In this document: in pieces, positions 60,548-64,000 of the stretch
How the letters are laid out: each line of letters opens with the position of its first letter
Numbering within the stretch: the stretch's first letter is position 1
Assembly: GCA_948436025.1 (NCBI GenBank)
Contig: CAOJHH010000001.1
Coordinates: 2,921-66,920 of the forward strand
Reading direction: 5' to 3'
Length of the DNA stretch: 64,000 nucleotides
Source of the DNA: an uncultured Clostridium sp.
GTDB taxonomy: Bacteria > Bacillota > Clostridia > TANB77 > CAG-508
The notes under the pieces: generated by a model
What the model saw: only the letters and a program-made list of their open reading frames with translations
Told to the model about the DNA's origin: nothing
Database searches by the model: none
Position numbers and translations under genes: made by a program

Positions 60548-61222
60548 ATGATGGGAAAATTATTTGTAATAGAAGGAACCGATGGAAGTGGGAAAGAAAC
60601 GCAATTTCGAAAATTGCAAGAACGATTAAAAGAAGAAAATTTAGAATTTCGTGTCGTCAATTTTCCAAACTATGACAATGCTTCCTCAAGTTTAGTGAAA
60701 ATGTACTTATCAGGAGAATTTGGAGAAAATGCGAAAGATGTTAGCCCATATATTGCTTCTACTTTTTATGCAGCAGACCGTTATGCTACTTTCAAACGCT
60801 ATTATGAAGACTATTATAAAGAAGGCGGAATTATATTAGCAGACCGTTATACAACTGCTAACATGGTTCATCAAGCAGGAAAAATAGAAAACAAAGAAGA
60901 AAGAAAAAAATTCTTAGATTGGTTATGGGATTTTGAATTCAATCTATACGGTCTACCAGTACCAACCAAAACCTTCTTTTTAAGCATGCCACCAGATTAC
61001 GCCCTAAACTTAATTGAACATAGAGCCAATAAATTTACACATTCTGCAAGAAAAGACATTCACGAACGAGATAAAAGACATATTATCGATAGCTATAATA
61101 CAGCCTGTGACCTAGTAAACGATTACGATTGGTATGAAGTAAAATGTGTAAAAGATGGAGAATTAAGAACCGTACAAGACATCCACGAAGAAATCTACCA
61201 AGAAGTAAAAAAATATTTATAG
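60548..61222 (+). CDS. thymidylate kinase family protein (dTMP kinase-like)
   Basis: P-loop IEGTDGSGKETQ and DRY motif (LADRY). Confidence 0.6.
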   Translation: MMGKLFVIEGTDGSGKETQFRKLQERLKEENLEFRVVNFPNYDNASSSLVKMYLSGEFGENAKDVSPYIASTFYAADRYATFKRYYEDYYKEGGIILADRYTTANMVHQAGKIENKEERKKFLDWLWDFEFNLYGLPVPTKTFFLSMPPDYALNLIEHRANKFTHSARKDIHERDKRHIIDSYNTACDLVNDYDWYEVKCVKDGELRTVQDIHEEIYQEVKKYL

Positions 61223-61250
61223 ATGTAGGGGTCGATGCCTACATCGACCC
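61223..61250. repeat. TGTAGGGG-hairpin element (GGGTCGATG-CCTA-CATCGACCC), begins at the base after the stop
   Basis: Read directly. Part of a roughly 45-bp direct repeat with 61361-61400 (…CGACCC-R-TAAAA-ATGAAAAC). Confidence 0.55.
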
Positions 61251-61360
61251 GTAAAATGAAAACAAAGAAAGGGACCGACAATCACATCAACATGTAAAAA
61301 TATAAAAACATAAAAGAGGTCAATGAATACATAGACCTATATAAAAATAAATGATAAAAT

Positions 61361-61387
61361 ATGTAGGGGTCGGCCTTGTGTCGACCC
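61361..61387. repeat. TGTAGGGG-hairpin element (GGGTCG...CGACCC)
   Basis: Read directly. Confidence 0.5.
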
Positions 61388-61419
61388 AAAAACATGAAAA
61401 CCATAAAAAGGAGCAAAAT

Positions 61420-62022
61420 ATGAAACCACGATATGGATTTTTTGGTGGATGTTTTAACCCAGTAACCAATGCCCATGTAAACCTAGCCAGACTAGTAGTA
61501 GAACAATACAATTTGGACAAGTTAATATTTGTACCCATGGGAGACCACTACCAAAAAAGCAACCTAGCAAACGAACAACACCGATACGAAATGTTAAAAC
61601 TAGCAACCAAAAACCAAGCCAAACTAGAAGTATCCGACATAGAACTAAATTTGCCACATCATTTAACCATGCTACAAGCTTTTAAGAAAATTCAAGCAAA
61701 CTACAAAGAAGTAACACCATACTTTATAATAGGAGCAGACAACCTAATCAAACTAACTGGATTATCCGATTTTGAAACACTAGCCAAAAACTATGAATAC
61801 ATCATAATCAAACGAGACATTCCACTTAAGAGGCTCTTTACCGAAGAGCCAATCCTACAAAAATATCACACCCATTTTCACATACTAGAAAAAAATCCAT
61901 ATAAACCAATAAGCGCAAGCGAAGCACGAGCCTTGCTAAAAAGCAGACAAGAAAGAGAAATTGATACAATGATTTCAGCCGAAGTTTTTGACTATATTAG
62001 AAAAAATGGGTTATATGAATAA
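61420..62022 (+). CDS. nadD: nicotinate-nucleotide adenylyltransferase
   Basis: GFFGGCFNPVTNAHV (GGxFxPxHxxH). RBS AAAAGGAG. Confidence 0.82.
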   Translation: MKPRYGFFGGCFNPVTNAHVNLARLVVEQYNLDKLIFVPMGDHYQKSNLANEQHRYEMLKLATKNQAKLEVSDIELNLPHHLTMLQAFKKIQANYKEVTPYFIIGADNLIKLTGLSDFETLAKNYEYIIIKRDIPLKRLFTEEPILQKYHTHFHILEKNPYKPISASEARALLKSRQEREIDTMISAEVFDYIRKNGLYE

Positions 62023-62081
62023 GACTTTTGTAGAAAAGTTTAACCCAAATATGGCTAATATGAATTTTTGGGAGGAGACAC

Positions 62082-62387
62082 ATGTTTTTTATTGAGAAGA
62101 AACAAGATGGAACACGGTGCATTAAAACAGATGACTGGTATGTTGTACTAACACCAACAGGAGATGGTACAAATCAGATTTTTAGTGCATTATATTATGA
62201 AAAAGGACGAACAAAACTACAATTTGAAGTTTCAGCGACTTATAGGATTTCAAAAGTAAAAGAAATAGAGCAAGAAGGAGTAGAGCTAAAAGAAGAAGAA
62301 ACAGAAATTACTGTTAGTAAAATGAAAGAATTTTTAAAACTGTTTCCACAAATGGATAAGTTAGAAGAAATGGAGAAAACGTTGTAA
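62082..62387 (+). CDS. hypothetical protein
   Basis: ORF with RBS (GGGAGGAG). No motif recognised. Confidence 0.45.
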   Translation: MFFIEKKQDGTRCIKTDDWYVVLTPTGDGTNQIFSALYYEKGRTKLQFEVSATYRISKVKEIEQEGVELKEEETEITVSKMKEFLKLFPQMDKLEEMEKTL

Positions 62388-62548
62388 AAGCAAATAAAAT
62401 TTATGTGTAAGCGATTTTAGTAGAGAGGGAAGAAATTTGTTTAATTTCTTCCCTTTTGCCATAATGTTTCTTTTGAAAATGTTCTTGCAGTACCATGTGG
62501 ATTGTGATAAAATAGGAGAAAATAAAGTCGAATAAAGGTGATTAGAAA

Positions 62549-63922
62549 TTGAAAAATGAGATAGATGTGCAGTATGAATATATGGAAAAAGTAGCCAACA
62601 TAAATAAAGATAAAAATTTGTCTTATTCTATTTTTACTATGGGATGTCAATTAAATGAAAATGACTCGGAAAAGATATGTGGTATGCTAGAAAAGATGGG
62701 ATATAGCAAAACAGAGGATATGAAACAAGCTGATTTTGTGGTATTTAATACTTGTTGTGTAAGAGAGAATGCAGAAGATAAGTTGTTTGGCAAGATTGGA
62801 GAAATGAAGAGAGTAAAAGAACAAAAAGGTACGATTATTGCAATTGGTGGGTGTATGATGCAAGAAAAGCATATTACCCAGAAGTTACATGAGAGTTACC
62901 CATTTGTAGATATTCTATTTGGGACTCATACCTTACACAAATTACCAGAAGATGTATATCATATTTTAGAAAAAAGACAGCAAGTAGAAGATATTATTGA
63001 TATTGATGGAGAGATTTATGAAGGGCTTCCTATAAAAAGAGAAGATAACATAAAAGCATCGGTTACCATTATGTATGGCTGTAATAATTTTTGTACTTAC
63101 TGTATTGTGCCATATGTACGAGGAAGAGAAAGAAGCAGGAAACCAAGTGATATTTTACAAGAAATTGAAACTTTAGCAAAAGAAGGCTACAAGGAAATTA
63201 CTTTACTTGGTCAAAATGTAAATTCCTATGATGGTGGAAAGGGGTACAAGTTTTCCAATTTATTACGTGACGTAAACAAAATAGCAGGAATTCAGAAGAT
63301 ACGCTTTGTTTCGCCACACCCAAAAGATTTTAAACAAGATGTGATAGAAGCCATTCGAGACTGCGAAAAAGTATCGAAAATTATCCACTTACCACTACAA
63401 TCCGGTAGTAGCAAAATACTAAAAGAAATGAACCGAAAATACACAAAAGAACAATATTTAGCATTAGTACAAAGCATGAAAGAGCAAATTCCCAATGTCG
63501 TATTTTCTACCGATATTATTGTTGGTTTTCCAGGAGAAACCGAAGAAGACTTTGAAGATACCCTAGAGGTAGTAAGAAAAGTCAATTTCGAACAAGTCTT
63601 CATGTTCATCTATTCAAGAAGAGTAGGAACCGTAGCAGACAAAATGGAAAATCAAATTCCAGAAGAAATAAAACACGAAAGATTTAACAAGCTAAAAACA
63701 CTCGTAGAAAGCCAAATAGAAGGGAACAATCAAAAATACATAGGAACCATACAAAAAGTTCTAGTAGAAGGAAAAAGCAAAAATAACGAAAACATGCTAA
63801 CAGGCAGAACCGACTCGAACAAGGTAGTTATTTTTGAAGGAAAAGACGAATGGATAAATAAGGTAATTGACCTAAAAATCGTATCCCAGCATATGTGGTA
63901 TTTGAAGGGAGAGACAATATAA
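62549..63922 (+). CDS. miaB: tRNA-i6A37 methylthiotransferase
   Basis: UPF0004 N-domain (FTMGCQLNENDSE), radical-SAM CxxxCxxC (CNNFCTYC), C-terminal TRAM. Confidence 0.88.
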   Translation: MKNEIDVQYEYMEKVANINKDKNLSYSIFTMGCQLNENDSEKICGMLEKMGYSKTEDMKQADFVVFNTCCVRENAEDKLFGKIGEMKRVKEQKGTIIAIGGCMMQEKHITQKLHESYPFVDILFGTHTLHKLPEDVYHILEKRQQVEDIIDIDGEIYEGLPIKREDNIKASVTIMYGCNNFCTYCIVPYVRGRERSRKPSDILQEIETLAKEGYKEITLLGQNVNSYDGGKGYKFSNLLRDVNKIAGIQKIRFVSPHPKDFKQDVIEAIRDCEKVSKIIHLPLQSGSSKILKEMNRKYTKEQYLALVQSMKEQIPNVVFSTDIIVGFPGETEEDFEDTLEVVRKVNFEQVFMFIYSRRVGTVADKMENQIPEEIKHERFNKLKTLVESQIEGNNQKYIGTIQKVLVEGKSKNNENMLTGRTDSNKVVIFEGKDEWINKVIDLKIVSQHMWYLKGETI

Positions 63923-63957
63923 AAATGTGCTGGTAGGGGTAGCATATCATGCTACCC
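63923..63957. repeat. TGTAGGGG-hairpin element (GGGTAGCAT-ATC-ATGCTACCC) immediately after the miaB stop
   Basis: AAAATGTGCTGGTAGGGGTAGCATATCATGCTACCC. Confidence 0.55.
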
Positions 63958-63986
63958 AAATTAATATAAAAAAAGGAGTAATAATC

Positions 63987-64000
63987 ATGGCAGAATTTTC
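63987..64000 (+). CDS. start of an unidentified gene running off the window
   Basis: AAAAAGGAG RBS then ATGGCAGAATTT. Only four codons visible. Confidence 0.3.

Noticed and set aside
1-64000. tRNA or rRNA genes and CRISPR arrays
   Set aside because: No tRNA-like T-arm or acceptor patterns (GTTCGAATC/GGTTCGA). No rRNA-like conserved blocks. No regularly spaced direct repeats with unique spacers.

Overview
This 64 kb window is low-GC Firmicutes (Clostridia-like) chromosomal DNA. Coding is dense and almost entirely on the + strand. Housekeeping genes span 1-24 kb and 57-64 kb: ileS (5' partial), a NifS-like cysteine desulfurase, asd/ddh for lysine biosynthesis, rlmN-stp-prkC, polC, pfkA, argS, manA, metG, nadD and miaB. 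The region 24-31.8 kb looks accessory: an LCP protein, two tandem AAA+/DUF4143 ATPase-nuclease paralogs (a third copy sits at 16.8 kb), a YHYH/Big_2 surface protein, and an AT-rich two-gene AbiL-like (AAA_21 ATPase plus RloB) candidate phage-defence pair. A roughly 25 kb cell-surface polysaccharide locus occupies 31.8-57 kb. It contains a priming sugar transferase, six glycosyltransferases (one fucosyltransferase-like), Wzy, Wzx, a Glf-like mutase, GDP-fucose genes (manC, gmd, fcl), ugd, dTDP-rhamnose genes rfbABCD, an O-acyltransferase, two VanZ, a second LCP, a fused Wzz/BY-kinase and a CpsB phosphatase. Four genes carry apparent single-base frameshifts (argS, priming transferase, fucosyltransferase-like gene at a T7 tract, cpsB). 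Two families of short structured repeats recur just after stop codons: a GACAGCCCCC two-hairpin element and a TGTAGGGG hairpin element. Other features are a DnaA-box cluster in a 560-nt non-coding gap, shared operator-like motifs upstream of the ATPase paralogs, a MITE-like inverted-repeat element inside the rfb operon, and a small coiled-coil protein built on 21-bp tandem repeats. No tRNA, rRNA or CRISPR was seen.
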